A stretch of DNA of 64,000 nt, from NCBI GenBank assembly GCA_964362175.1, contig CAYIDD010000001.1, positions 569 through 64,568 on the forward strand, written 5' to 3'. Shown piece by piece: positions 36,030 through 46,269 of the stretch; the stretch's first letter is position 1; every line of letters starts with the position of its first letter. A program made the translations under genes and the position numbers. The DNA is from an uncultured Candidatus Saccharibacteria bacterium. Lineage in GTDB: Bacteria; Patescibacteriota; Minisyncoccia; Phycocordibacterales; UBA2100. A model generated the notes under the pieces. That model saw nothing but the letters and a program-made list of their open reading frames with translations. It searched no databases and was not told the origin of the DNA.

Positions 36030-37823
36030 ATGGATCTTGATTCCTATTCCGACACATTAACAAAGCCGCGTACCATCTCGCACCTCTCACAGCTTGAGGA
36101 TTTGCTTCGCGCACTTTCCCCCGGAGAGCGTCTTGTGCTCTACACATGCACGATCCTTCTTGGGGTCTCGGCGGTAGCGCTAATCATCGGACTGAACGCG
36201 ACGGCTTCGGTCAGCGTCCCTGCGCCGGGTGGTAGTTTTACCGAAGGTGAGATAGGCTCCGCGCGATTCATTAACCCGACACTTACACTTTCCCAACCCG
36301 ATGAAGATATTTCTGCGCTCGTGTATTCGGGTCTCATTCGCGTTCGACCGGACGGCGCGATACTCCCCGACCTCGCAAGTGACTACCGCATATCTCCCGA
36401 CGGCACGACGTACACGTTCACGATCCGCCCCGACGCGGTGTTCCACGATGGGAAGCCGGTAACCGCGGCAGACGTGCTCTTTACGATCGAAACGGTCCAA
36501 AATCCCGCCATCAAGAGCCCGCGACGATCCGACTGGGAGGGGGTCCACGCCTCCTCACCCGATCCACGCACAGTGGTATTTACACTCCCCCACACCTACG
36601 CCCCCTTCATTGAAAACGCGACGCTTGGTATTTTGCCGAAACACATCTGGCAGAATATATCGGCCGAAGAGTTCCCCTTCAGTCCCGCAAATACGCACCC
36701 CGTCGGAAGTGGCCCCTTCCGCGTCTCCCGCACGACGCTCGACGATACCGGAACGGCAGTGCGTTATGATCTCGCGCCTTTTACAAAATACGCGCTCGGC
36801 ACACCGTACCTGAAGCGCATTACGTTTATCTTTTATCCAAATCGGGAAGAGATGATCGCGGCATTCGAGGATCGCGAGATCGATGCGATGTCGGGGATCG
36901 CACCGGACGAACTTGCGCACCTGAAACGGAACGACTTCAGCGTTGCCCATGTCGCGCTGCCGCGCGTCTTTGGCGTCTTTTTCAATCAGAGCCACGCCCC
37001 TGTCCTCGCCGATGCGGCAGCGCGCCAGGCACTCGCTGCGGCAGTGGACCCAAAACAGATCATGGAAACGGTTCTGCAAGGATATGGCGCTGCGCTCAGG
37101 AGCGCAATACCGCCGGGCGTGACTGGCACGATAGTGCCCGCCGTTCCTGGAGAATTTCTCCCCCGCGCTTCCGGAAATGCCTCGACAACACCGGACGTTT
37201 CGCGTTTTGGTGCCGCTCGTGATATCCTCTCGCGCGGTGGATGGACATTCGATGAGGCGGCGGGCGTGTGGAAGAAAAAGAAGCTCGAACTCTCCTTCAC
37301 ACTCGCAACAGCGGATGAGCCGGAATTGGTCACGACCGCGAACGAAGTTGCAAAGTATTGGCGCGCGGCCGGCGTCAAAGTGACGATACAGGTGTATCCT
37401 CTTTCCGAATTAAATACAAACGTCATCCGGCCGCGCGCCTACGACGCCGTATTGTTCGGCGAGGTGGTGGGACGCACGGCGGACCTATTTGCGTTCTGGC
37501 ATTCATCGCAACGCAATGATCCGGGCCTGAACCTCGCCATGTACGCGAACTCCCGCGTTGATGTCCTGCTTGCCGAGGCGCGAGCGACGATCGACCGAAA
37601 ACGGAGGGAGAAGCTGTATGACCAGTTCAACGAAGAGATACGGAAAGATGCCCCCGCAGTATTTTTGTACGCTCCCGAATTCATCTATGTTGTCCCCAAA
37701 TTCCTGTTGGGCGTTGAGCTTGGGCCGCTCACGGCCCCGTCCGAGCGATACCTCAATGCGCACGAGTGGTACACGGATACAGAGCGCGTATGGAGTATAT
37801 TCACTAATAAAAGCAGTGATTAA
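36030..37823 (+). CDS. ABC transporter substrate-binding protein, family 5 (peptide/nickel type), membrane-tethered
   Basis: ~600 aa with N-terminal TM anchor. SBP_bac_5-like length and motifs (DGKPVTAADVLFTIE). Confidence 0.7.
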   Translation: MDLDSYSDTLTKPRTISHLSQLEDLLRALSPGERLVLYTCTILLGVSAVALIIGLNATASVSVPAPGGSFTEGEIGSARFINPTLTLSQPDEDISALVYSGLIRVRPDGAILPDLASDYRISPDGTTYTFTIRPDAVFHDGKPVTAADVLFTIETVQNPAIKSPRRSDWEGVHASSPDPRTVVFTLPHTYAPFIENATLGILPKHIWQNISAEEFPFSPANTHPVGSGPFRVSRTTLDDTGTAVRYDLAPFTKYALGTPYLKRITFIFYPNREEMIAAFEDREIDAMSGIAPDELAHLKRNDFSVAHVALPRVFGVFFNQSHAPVLADAAARQALAAAVDPKQIMETVLQGYGAALRSAIPPGVTGTIVPAVPGEFLPRASGNASTTPDVSRFGAARDILSRGGWTFDEAAGVWKKKKLELSFTLATADEPELVTTANEVAKYWRAAGVKVTIQVYPLSELNTNVIRPRAYDAVLFGEVVGRTADLFAFWHSSQRNDPGLNLAMYANSRVDVLLAEARATIDRKRREKLYDQFNEEIRKDAPAVFLYAPEFIYVVPKFLLGVELGPLTAPSERYLNAHEWYTDTERVWSIFTNKSSD

Positions 37824-37843
37824 TTAGTAATTTAGTATCTGAT

Positions 37844-39748
37844 ATGGAACCACATCCGGACACCAACACCGGCTCCAACCCTCACCCACGACCCAACATC
37901 GGCTCATCCCGACCCGCCGGTCCTCACCGAGGTCCGCGGCCCGGCGGGCCGCGGACCGGAGGCCGTTCTTCGGCGTGGAGAGGCCGCTCAAGTCATCCGC
38001 CGCGTCGCGGCAAATCGCGTGTTGAGCACCAGCAACCGTCGCAGCGCAAGCAAAGTGCGGGCGTCATTCCCCCACCGCCTCCGGACACCGTCCGTATCAT
38101 TCCGCTGGGCGGCGTCGAGGAGATCGGACGCAACATGACCGCCGTTGAGTGTGACGGGGACATCTTCGTTCTCGATTGCGGTTTCGCGTTCAGCGAAGAA
38201 GACACACCGGGCGTCGACTACATTCTGCCCAATACGGGTTATCTCGAAGAACGTCGCGACAAAATTCGCGGACTCCTTATCTCACACGGACATCTCGACC
38301 ACATCGGCGGCATTCCGTACATCCTTGATCGCATCGGGAACCCCACGATCTACACGCGCAAACTCACCGGCATGATGATCAAAAAGCGGCAGGAGGAATT
38401 CGCGCAAACAGCGCCCGTCCAGATCCGCGAAGTGGAAAAAGATGAGGTCATCAAGCTCGGCAAAGCAACGATACGATTCTTCGGAGTCACCCACACGGTA
38501 CCGGATTCCATGGGTATCATCATCGAAACCCCCCACGGCGATGTGGTCTTCACGGGCGATATCAAGCTCAACCACGAGAACGGCGAGCCCTCCGACGAGG
38601 AGAAGCGCGAATTCGGTGTTTTCAAGCATCGGAAAGTTCTCGCGCTCTTAATGGACTCAACCAACGTCTGGCAACCAGGCTTCTCCATCCCCGAATCCAA
38701 CGTCTACAAGACGCTCGAGGCCATCATCAAAGGTTCAAAGGGCCGCCTCATTATCGCGATGTTCGCATCGCACCTTGAACGCCTCATCCGCGTCGTTCAC
38801 TTCGCTGAAGAACACGGCAAGAAGATCGTTATCGACGGACGCTCGATGCGTACGAATATCGAGATCGCGCGCGAGATCGCACTCATCAAATACAAAGATG
38901 ATACGGTCGTTGCGGTCGAGAATATGAACCAATACCCACCCGAGAAAATTATTATTCTCGCAACGGGCGCACAAGGCGATGAATTCGCCTCACTCGCACG
39001 CATCGGCAACAAAACACACAAGTACATTCGTTTGCAGCCTACCGACACGGTCGTTCTCTCTTCTTCCGTCATTCCGGGCAATGAGCGCGCCGTGCAAAAA
39101 CTTAAAGACAACCTCTCGCGCCAGGGCGCGCACATCATCACCTACCACGCTTCCGACGTGCACGCCTCCGGCCACGGCAACCGTGAGGAGGCCGCGTGGA
39201 TACACACACAGATCAGGCCCAAATTCTTCATCCCCGTCCACGGCTATCACTACATGCTGCGCGTGCATGCCGATCTCGCCGTCGAGATGGGAGTAAAAGC
39301 TGAAAATATTTGCATCCCCGACAATAGTTCTATCATCGATATCAAGAACGGCGAAAAAATATCGAAGCACGCACTAAAAGCTCCTGCTGAATTGCGCGTC
39401 GTCGAGGGCACCACCGTCTCCGAACTTTCCGATGTCCTGATGCGCGACAGAAAAGCGCTCGGACAGGAGGGTTTTTGCGTTGTCGTTGCCACCGTCGATC
39501 GCCGCAGCGGCAAACTTCACAAATCCCCCGACATCATCTCGCGTGGATTCGTGTATCTGCGTGATAACAAGGAACTGATGGATCAGACGCGTCTCATCAT
39601 TAGGAAGTCTGTGGAAACGTCGCTGCGCAACCCGCGCGCCGCCGATCTCGACGCCGCCCGCGAGGACCTCGCCGAATCTGTCGCGCGTTTCTTACTGCAA
39701 CGGACCATGAAGCGTCCGATCGTTATTCCCGTGATAGTGAGTATCTAA
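37844..39748 (+). CDS. rnj: ribonuclease J with ~80-aa Pro/Arg/Gly-rich N-terminal extension
   Basis: metallo-beta-lactamase HGHLDHIGG, beta-CASP and C-terminal domain. No internal Met between the ORF start and the catalytic domain, so the basic extension is probably real unless a GTG/TTG start is used. Confidence 0.85.
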   Translation: MEPHPDTNTGSNPHPRPNIGSSRPAGPHRGPRPGGPRTGGRSSAWRGRSSHPPRRGKSRVEHQQPSQRKQSAGVIPPPPPDTVRIIPLGGVEEIGRNMTAVECDGDIFVLDCGFAFSEEDTPGVDYILPNTGYLEERRDKIRGLLISHGHLDHIGGIPYILDRIGNPTIYTRKLTGMMIKKRQEEFAQTAPVQIREVEKDEVIKLGKATIRFFGVTHTVPDSMGIIIETPHGDVVFTGDIKLNHENGEPSDEEKREFGVFKHRKVLALLMDSTNVWQPGFSIPESNVYKTLEAIIKGSKGRLIIAMFASHLERLIRVVHFAEEHGKKIVIDGRSMRTNIEIAREIALIKYKDDTVVAVENMNQYPPEKIIILATGAQGDEFASLARIGNKTHKYIRLQPTDTVVLSSSVIPGNERAVQKLKDNLSRQGAHIITYHASDVHASGHGNREEAAWIHTQIRPKFFIPVHGYHYMLRVHADLAVEMGVKAENICIPDNSSIIDIKNGEKISKHALKAPAELRVVEGTTVSELSDVLMRDRKALGQEGFCVVVATVDRRSGKLHKSPDIISRGFVYLRDNKELMDQTRLIIRKSVETSLRNPRAADLDAAREDLAESVARFLLQRTMKRPIVIPVIVSI

Positions 39749-39781
39749 TAAGCGCACGGAAAATCGTGCGACAATGCTGCC

Positions 39782-40042
39782 ATGTACGTTATCGCGATCA
39801 TGGGGGACCTCCTGAGCCTGATTCCTTTTGTAAACATTGTCAGCAGCCCGCTCACCGCGATCGCGCTTGGCATCGCGGGATCACACACGGGCGTGAGCCT
39901 GTATTCAAGCAATCGGATTGGTATGACGCTTCTCACGATCCTTGGAGAGGCAGTTCCTATTGTCAGTATGATCCCTCTGTGGACCGTACGTGTGTATCTC
40001 GCCAAAAAACAGGAAGAGAGAGAGGACGCGAGCGAGGTGTGA
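39782..40042 (+). CDS. small membrane protein (86 aa)
   Basis: two hydrophobic helices, acidic C-terminal tail. Confidence 0.35.
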   Translation: MYVIAIMGDLLSLIPFVNIVSSPLTAIALGIAGSHTGVSLYSSNRIGMTLLTILGEAVPIVSMIPLWTVRVYLAKKQEEREDASEV

Positions 40043-40055
40043 TCAGCGCAAGCTC

Positions 40056-40865
40056 TTATACAATCCGCCACTTCCCTTTTTCTTTCACAATAATCCCATC
40101 GCGCGCGAGTCCCGCTAAGGCGTTTTTCAACTTTCCTCGCGATGCAATGAGGTCAGACCTCATTGCATTTTCGGTGCGGGAACCTTTTTGTAGCTCGCGC
40201 AAAATCGTGCCGCGGATTTGGCGCAGGCTATTTTCGAATTTCGATTGCTTCACGTAGTGCGCGCTGCGATGGTTGTTGCGAACACCCAAGCGCTTAAGAT
40301 ACGCCCCATAATCCATCAGCGCCCAATGCCACTCCTTCGAATCCTGCCCCTCCGCCGCTTTCTTGATCAAAGGCAGTAACTCCTTGTCTGCAACAGTTTT
40401 CTTGCTCGGAAAGAAATGATTGATAAAAGCAGTACGGATATTGGTTTCGATAAGAACGTCGGGTTTGTTGAACGCAAAGACCCGCACCGCCGCGCGGGTG
40501 TATGGCCCAACGCCAGACAAGGAACCTTCCAGCGTTTTTTTGATAGTACCGACCTTAACGATTTTCTTTGCTGCATCGTGGAGATACTTTGCGCGCCTGT
40601 TGTACCCGAGCCCACTCCACACGCGTAACACGTCCGCAAGCGGCGCTTTTGCCAGCGTACGAACAATCGGAAATGCCTTCAAAAATTCCTTATATTTCTC
40701 CATCACGCGAGAAACTTGCGTCTGCTGCAACATTACCTCTGACACGAGAACACGATATGGGTCTTTTGTCTTTCTCCACGGAAGTTCGTGCCTCCCGTTT
40801 TTTTCATAATTGTTCCAAACGCTCTTTCTGAAAGCCGCAACTGCATCAGAGCTCATACACAACAT
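40056..40865 (-). CDS. HhH-GPD superfamily DNA glycosylase (MutY/EndoIII-like, no obvious Fe-S cluster motif)
   Basis: LPWR..DPY.V.VSEVMLQQTQV ... GLGYNRRAKYL helix-hairpin-helix pattern. Confidence 0.6.
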   Translation of the reverse strand: MLCMSSDAVAAFRKSVWNNYEKNGRHELPWRKTKDPYRVLVSEVMLQQTQVSRVMEKYKEFLKAFPIVRTLAKAPLADVLRVWSGLGYNRRAKYLHDAAKKIVKVGTIKKTLEGSLSGVGPYTRAAVRVFAFNKPDVLIETNIRTAFINHFFPSKKTVADKELLPLIKKAAEGQDSKEWHWALMDYGAYLKRLGVRNNHRSAHYVKQSKFENSLRQIRGTILRELQKGSRTENAMRSDLIASRGKLKNALAGLARDGIIVKEKGKWRIV

Positions 40866-41538
40866 CTTTTCGTTCAACAACAACATCCCACTTCATCCGT
40901 CTTGCGTATCGATAGAGTTTTGCATTCGGGTTGAAGCAGACAGGTTTTGCGACCAATTCAAGGAACGATATATCCGATTCGGTATCCCCCACCCCGATAG
41001 AATGCGCGAGTGTGAGATTTTCTTTCTCGACAGCGCGGCGCACGATGGCCGCTTTATTCAGGATAAGATGCTGCTCTATGATATTGCCGGTGAAACATTC
41101 CTGCGGACCGATCTCATACAAGATGCCATACGTTTTGTCGAATCCGAGCCGCGGACAGAATTTGTCCAAGACCGTTTTCGGCGAATGCGACACGGCAAGC
41201 AAAAAATATCCCCGCCTCTTGAGATCCTTCAGCAGATCGCGCGTGTAACGATACACGCGTTTCCATTGCTCATCCACGACCTCCTCGGCAGTATCGGCAA
41301 GCTCACTGTAATGCACGCCTTTCAGGTGCTTCACAAAGGCCTTCACCACCGCGTCAATATATTCATCATAATCCCCCTCGCGATTCAACCACCGTTCGTA
41401 TTCCCTCCCGTACACACGGCGCGCGGACGCGGGAAATACCTTCTTTTCGATCAGCCGATTCACCACCTGAATGAGAAGGCTTGAGCGGAAAATGGTCCCG
41501 TCCACATCAAAAATAGCGACGCGTCGTTTTTCCTTCAT
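40846..41538 (-). CDS. HAD-superfamily hydrolase (subfamily IB-like)
   Basis: FDVDGTI motif I near the N-terminus; GDTESD motif IV. Confidence 0.7.
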   Translation of the reverse strand: MKEKRRVAIFDVDGTIFRSSLLIQVVNRLIEKKVFPASARRVYGREYERWLNREGDYDEYIDAVVKAFVKHLKGVHYSELADTAEEVVDEQWKRVYRYTRDLLKDLKRRGYFLLAVSHSPKTVLDKFCPRLGFDKTYGILYEIGPQECFTGNIIEQHLILNKAAIVRRAVEKENLTLAHSIGVGDTESDISFLELVAKPVCFNPNAKLYRYARRMKWDVVVERKDVVYEL

Positions 41539-41618
41539 GTCGTCATACTACCGCCCCCAAAAAAGATTGCGAGCGCAAAAACCAATGTGGTATCCAAAAA
41601 CTGCCAAATCTAGTATTC

Positions 41619-42893
41619 TTGGGCTTAATGCTGCGACAGATCAAAAACATCCCCTATTTCACGGTGGCGCGATATTTCAGGTTTTTCGCCCGCATACGGC
41701 TCGCGGCGTGGAAGCCGCGTATCGTCGTCATCACGGGATCCAACGGCAAAACCTCGGCTCTGAATCTCATCGAAGTCCAGCTGGGAGACGCGGCACGATA
41801 TTCTCACAATGCCAACAGCAGCTTCGGCATCCCGTTCGACATTCTGGGTCTCACACGCACCTCTTACTCGCTCCTAGAGTGGGTACTGCTCATCATTCGC
41901 GCACCCATCAATGCGTGGAAAAAACCGTATGCGGAAAAGATATACGTGGTCGAAGCAGATTGCGATAGGCCCGGCGAAGGACGATTCCTGAGCTCGCTCC
42001 TCATGCCGGAGGTGGTGGTGTGGTTGAGTAGCGCACGAACGCACAGCCAAAATTTCGAGAAAGTGGTACGCCGGAGAGGATTCCCAACGATCGAGAAAGC
42101 GATCGCTCACGAATTCGGGTACTTCGCCGCACACGCATCAAAACACGTTCTCATAAACGCCGACAACGACCTCATCACCGCAGAGATGAAACGTGTACGC
42201 GCCGAGGTCCACCTCATCACAGAACGAGAACTGGAGCTGTATACCATCACGCCCGACGGGAGCGAATTCAGGATACGGGAAAAACTCTATCACACACCTT
42301 GTCTGCTCCCGAAAGAGACTTTTTATGCCATCGCCGCGTCGGTACGGCTCGCCGAGTACTTTAGAGTGACGCCGACTACCGATCTCTCCGGACTTGTGAT
42401 GCCGCCAAGCCGAAGTTCGATATTTCGCGGCATCAAAGACACCGTCATCATCGATAGCACCTACAACGCAAACGCAGACTCCGTCGCCGCGGTGCTTCAC
42501 ATGATAGAGCGATTGCCTTCGGAAAAAAAGTGGCTCATTCTCGGCGACCTGATCGAACAGGGTGCGCAGGAAAAAGAAGAACATGAGAAAGTAGCTCGAT
42601 TGGTTCTGGAAGCCGATGTTCAAAAAGTGATCCTCGTCGGGCCCCGCCTTGCCGCGTACACCCTGCCGATCCTTAAACCCGCGCTCAATACCGGGATTGC
42701 TTCCTACGCCGGTCCCAAAGAGGCGCTTGATGACATCCAGTCCTCATTACAAGGCGGCGAGATGCTCATCTTCAAAGGCGCGCGGTTTTTGGAGGGAGTC
42801 GTCGAACATCTGCTGCAAAATAAAGATGATGCGGACAAACTATGCCGCCGCGGAAGGGTGTGGCAAAAACGCCGGGCACAGTGGGGACTATGA
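41619..42893 (+). CDS. Mur ligase family protein (MurF-like UDP-MurNAc-peptide ligase)
   Basis: VITGSNGKTS P-loop of Mur ligases. Central and C-terminal Mur ligase domains by length. Confidence 0.7.
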   Translation: MGLMLRQIKNIPYFTVARYFRFFARIRLAAWKPRIVVITGSNGKTSALNLIEVQLGDAARYSHNANSSFGIPFDILGLTRTSYSLLEWVLLIIRAPINAWKKPYAEKIYVVEADCDRPGEGRFLSSLLMPEVVVWLSSARTHSQNFEKVVRRRGFPTIEKAIAHEFGYFAAHASKHVLINADNDLITAEMKRVRAEVHLITERELELYTITPDGSEFRIREKLYHTPCLLPKETFYAIAASVRLAEYFRVTPTTDLSGLVMPPSRSSIFRGIKDTVIIDSTYNANADSVAAVLHMIERLPSEKKWLILGDLIEQGAQEKEEHEKVARLVLEADVQKVILVGPRLAAYTLPILKPALNTGIASYAGPKEALDDIQSSLQGGEMLIFKGARFLEGVVEHLLQNKDDADKLCRRGRVWQKRRAQWGL

Positions 42894-43579
42894 GTAAGAT
42901 ATTTATTCTTCACGGATGGACATATCAGACCGAGACGTGGCGATCTCTGCGTGAGATGCTTAAAGAGCGCGGATTGGAGGCCGAATTCCTCCTTATTCCC
43001 GGACTCACCGACGGCACAAATCCGATCTGGACCCTCGACGACTATGTCGAGTGGCTGAGGAGCAGAACTGCGGAATACGGGAAAGTTATTCTCATCGGAC
43101 ATTCCAATGGCGGTCGCATCTCGCTCGCGTTCGCCGAAAAGTATCCGGAAAAAGTCGAACGGCTCATCCTTGAAGACAGCGCCGGCATCCCCGCGATGGG
43201 ATTACGCGCCCTCAAGCGTGATGTATTCAAGGTAATCGCGAAAATCGGAGGTGCGGTCACCAAGTCTGAAGTACTGAGAAAAGTCCTGCACAAAGTCGCC
43301 CGAGAGAGCGACTACCAAAGGGCAACCCCCGAGATGCGCCGCACGATGGCGAATTTGGGATCCGTCGATCTCGGTCCGATCTTTCAGCGGATCAAGGCCC
43401 CCACGCTCATCATATGGGGGGAAAAGGACACCACGACACCGCTTGCAAGTGGAAAAATAATGCACGAAAAGATACGCGGCTCACGGATGGTCGTGATCGA
43501 AGGCGCGCGCCACTCGCCGCACATAACACACACAAAAGAGGTTGCCGACCTCATCACGGAAGAACTTACGCGTCCATGA
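42890..43579 (+). CDS. alpha/beta hydrolase
   Basis: GHSNGG nucleophile elbow, C-terminal His. Start overlaps the upstream stop (ATGA). Confidence 0.7.
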   Translation: MSKIFILHGWTYQTETWRSLREMLKERGLEAEFLLIPGLTDGTNPIWTLDDYVEWLRSRTAEYGKVILIGHSNGGRISLAFAEKYPEKVERLILEDSAGIPAMGLRALKRDVFKVIAKIGGAVTKSEVLRKVLHKVARESDYQRATPEMRRTMANLGSVDLGPIFQRIKAPTLIIWGEKDTTTPLASGKIMHEKIRGSRMVVIEGARHSPHITHTKEVADLITEELTRP

Positions 43580-45798
43580 ATATTTTCAACTCCCTCGGCT
43601 CAAATTACACGCTCTCTTCCGCAATACGGATACTGTTCTCAACGGGTGATACTAGCGCGCAGCAAAAATTGATCGAGTATCTCGAAGCGCGTTACGGCCT
43701 GCCCGGCCAAGGGGGACGAGCGATTCTTACATATAAAGGCCGCGAAGCACTTTTTCTCGCGATTGCGGCACTTCCTCAGGGCGCTATCGCCATCAACGGC
43801 TTTACCTGCCTCGCCGTATACGAGGCGATAACCGAAAATGGACGCGCGGTGCACTACATTGACGTCCCGGAAAACAATCTGAATTTCACGCCCGCATCTT
43901 TCCAGGCCGCGCTCGTGTCGAACCCCGCGATCAAAGCCGTTATCGTTCAGAACACACTCGGTATTCCCTGTGACATACAAACGATCAGATCACTCTGTGA
44001 ACGGCACGGAGTCGCCCTCATCGAAGATCTCGCACACTCTATCGGTACCCGATACTCCACCGGCGAAGAGGCGGGTACTGTTGGAGACTTCGTTGTCCTT
44101 TCGTTCAGTCAGGATAAAGTCGTTGATGCGGTTTCGGGAGGGGCACTCATTATCCGTAACAAAAAGTACGTGGACGCTGTCATTTCTGCGGAGCATGTAC
44201 CAAGCTTGGGTCAGCAACTAAAAGACCGTTTCTATCCGGTACTGACGTGGAAGATCAGGGTCGCGTATGCGCTCGGTATCGGAAAGGCGCTGCATGCGCT
44301 CTTCCGCTCCCTCCATCTCCTTTCCACACCGTTCGGGAAGATGGCAGCGAACGATGCGCATGCATTACCGGGGTGGTATTGCGACATCATTCTGCAGCAA
44401 TACACAGTTCTCGAAAAAACAGCGGCACACCGACGGGAGATCGCGCACATATACGCACAGTACGTGGACAAACGACTGCAGATCCCTGCTGATCTCCAAC
44501 GCTCGACCAATGTGCGATTCCCCCTCCTCGCAAACAATCGCGCAAGCCTGATCAGATTTCTGAAAAAAGACGGTGTTCACGTGAGCGACATTTGGTACGA
44601 CGCCCCCATAGCGCCTAAAAAATATCTGCGCCGTACGGATTACAAGGGGCAGTGTCCCCACGCGGAGCACATTTCAGAAATGATGGTGAACCTGCCGACT
44701 CACATTAATGTCTCTCCGATACACGCACGGACCATTGCCGAATCGGTCAACAAGTGGCTCGTTGAAGGAACGAGCGAATATAGCGTTACGGCCGTCGCTG
44801 ATGAAAATGTGTGGGAAAAATACCTCCGCGCGCAAAAGCCGCACAGTTTTCTGCATGCGTGGAAATGGGGACAACACTACGAGCTTTCCGGATCCAAAAT
44901 ATTCCGCCTTGGCGTTTACCGAGGCGAGACCCTGGTGGCTATTGCTCTCCTCATAAAGATAGAGGCACGCCGCGGCTCCTTCCTTCTGTGCCCGCATGGT
45001 CCGATCGTCGCCGACATCGCACACGAAGAGCCCGTACTACGGGTACTCACCGAGCACTGCGGGCAAATTGCGAAAGATGAGATGTGTGCCTTCATTCGCT
45101 TCTGCCCGCTCGCAAAACCGACCCCAGAAAACGTTATGATATATCATAATTTAGGGTTTCGAAGTGCGCCCATCCATATGCATCCTGAGTTGGCGTGGAT
45201 GTTGGATATCACAAAGCCCGAAGACGAGTTGCTAAAAGCGATGCGAAAAACGACGCGCTACCTCGTGAAAAGAATGGAGAAAGAAGGGGTGGAGGTCGTG
45301 CAGAGCGTTAACCCCGCAGACATTGAAAAGTTTTGGCCAGTCTACGAGGCAACGGTGGAGCGCCAACAATTCATGCCGTTCAGCAAATCCTACCTACAAA
45401 AAGAATTCGAGCTATTCGCCAAAGATAACCAAGCTGCATTCTTTTTCGGAACATATCGAGGCGAGATAATTGCCGCTGCCATTATCATTTTCTACAACGG
45501 GCAGGCGTTTTACCACCACAGTGGTTCTATACAGAAATTCGATGACATTAACGCTTCGTACCTTTTGCAGTGGCGCGTCATACAAGAAGCGAAACGTCGT
45601 GGCTGTACGCTCTACAACTTCTGGGGCATCTCCCCCACCGACCGTCCGCGCCACCCATGGGCCGGCCTTTCACTATTCAAAAAAGGCTTCGGCGGCTTCG
45701 CGGAAAAATACCTCCATGCGCAAGATAAACCCCTTACTGCAAAATATGCGCTCAACTACGTTGTCGAGACCGCCCGACGCTTCCGTCGCGGCTTATAA
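43576..45798 (+). CDS. fusion protein: DegT/DnrJ/EryC1-type PLP-dependent sugar aminotransferase (N) + FemAB-family aminoacyl/acyl transferase (C)
   Basis: the N-terminal half carries HYIDV..N..P..KAVIVQNTLG..D...I..L..RHGVALIEDLAHS ... SFSQDK (PLP lysine). The C-terminal half carries FemAB-like FYHHSGS..QW..I..A...G...YNFWG and KGFGG motifs. Start overlaps the upstream stop. Confidence 0.65.
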   Translation: MNIFNSLGSNYTLSSAIRILFSTGDTSAQQKLIEYLEARYGLPGQGGRAILTYKGREALFLAIAALPQGAIAINGFTCLAVYEAITENGRAVHYIDVPENNLNFTPASFQAALVSNPAIKAVIVQNTLGIPCDIQTIRSLCERHGVALIEDLAHSIGTRYSTGEEAGTVGDFVVLSFSQDKVVDAVSGGALIIRNKKYVDAVISAEHVPSLGQQLKDRFYPVLTWKIRVAYALGIGKALHALFRSLHLLSTPFGKMAANDAHALPGWYCDIILQQYTVLEKTAAHRREIAHIYAQYVDKRLQIPADLQRSTNVRFPLLANNRASLIRFLKKDGVHVSDIWYDAPIAPKKYLRRTDYKGQCPHAEHISEMMVNLPTHINVSPIHARTIAESVNKWLVEGTSEYSVTAVADENVWEKYLRAQKPHSFLHAWKWGQHYELSGSKIFRLGVYRGETLVAIALLIKIEARRGSFLLCPHGPIVADIAHEEPVLRVLTEHCGQIAKDEMCAFIRFCPLAKPTPENVMIYHNLGFRSAPIHMHPELAWMLDITKPEDELLKAMRKTTRYLVKRMEKEGVEVVQSVNPADIEKFWPVYEATVERQQFMPFSKSYLQKEFELFAKDNQAAFFFGTYRGEIIAAAIIIFYNGQAFYHHSGSIQKFDDINASYLLQWRVIQEAKRRGCTLYNFWGISPTDRPRHPWAGLSLFKKGFGGFAEKYLHAQDKPLTAKYALNYVVETARRFRRGL

Positions 45799-45849
45799 AA
45801 ACGAATCCCGGCCTGTCGCCGGGATTCACATGAATGACCGCGTTGCAGT

Positions 45850-46206
45850 TCAACGCAATAACGTGGGTAACCGGTGAGCAAGCTCGCGAACGTCGTCCAT
45901 CGCATCAACGCTCGATGGAATCCAACGCTCCGTGTCGTCGTCGGAGCCGATTGAGAAGTCGATTATGACATTTCCCAAAGCTTCCCGCCAGATTTTCAAT
46001 ACCGCGATTGTCGGCGGCTTGGTTCCGTCTTTGTCGTCGGACAGGCCGACCACAATCGTTTCCTGCTCAACTTCCGCTCCGAGACTGCGGTGTTGAAAAG
46101 GCCCTCTGTAGACGGTCAGGGCTGGATTGCAGGAAGCCAGGTCACGCACAATTTTCTCGGCCGTATCGAGAAAGTCAGCGCCATTCGGTTTTTGCCTCAC
46201 GGGCAT
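45850..46206 (-). CDS. hypothetical protein (~118 aa)
   Basis: ORF downstream of nth on the same strand. No recognisable motif. Confidence 0.35.
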   Translation of the reverse strand: MPVRQKPNGADFLDTAEKIVRDLASCNPALTVYRGPFQHRSLGAEVEQETIVVGLSDDKDGTKPPTIAVLKIWREALGNVIIDFSIGSDDDTERWIPSSVDAMDDVRELAHRLPTLLR

Positions 46207-46269
46207 TCTCCCTTGTAGAGAACACCGCGGTATAGCCGCCGCGGGATCGGTCGGCGACACTATACTCCG

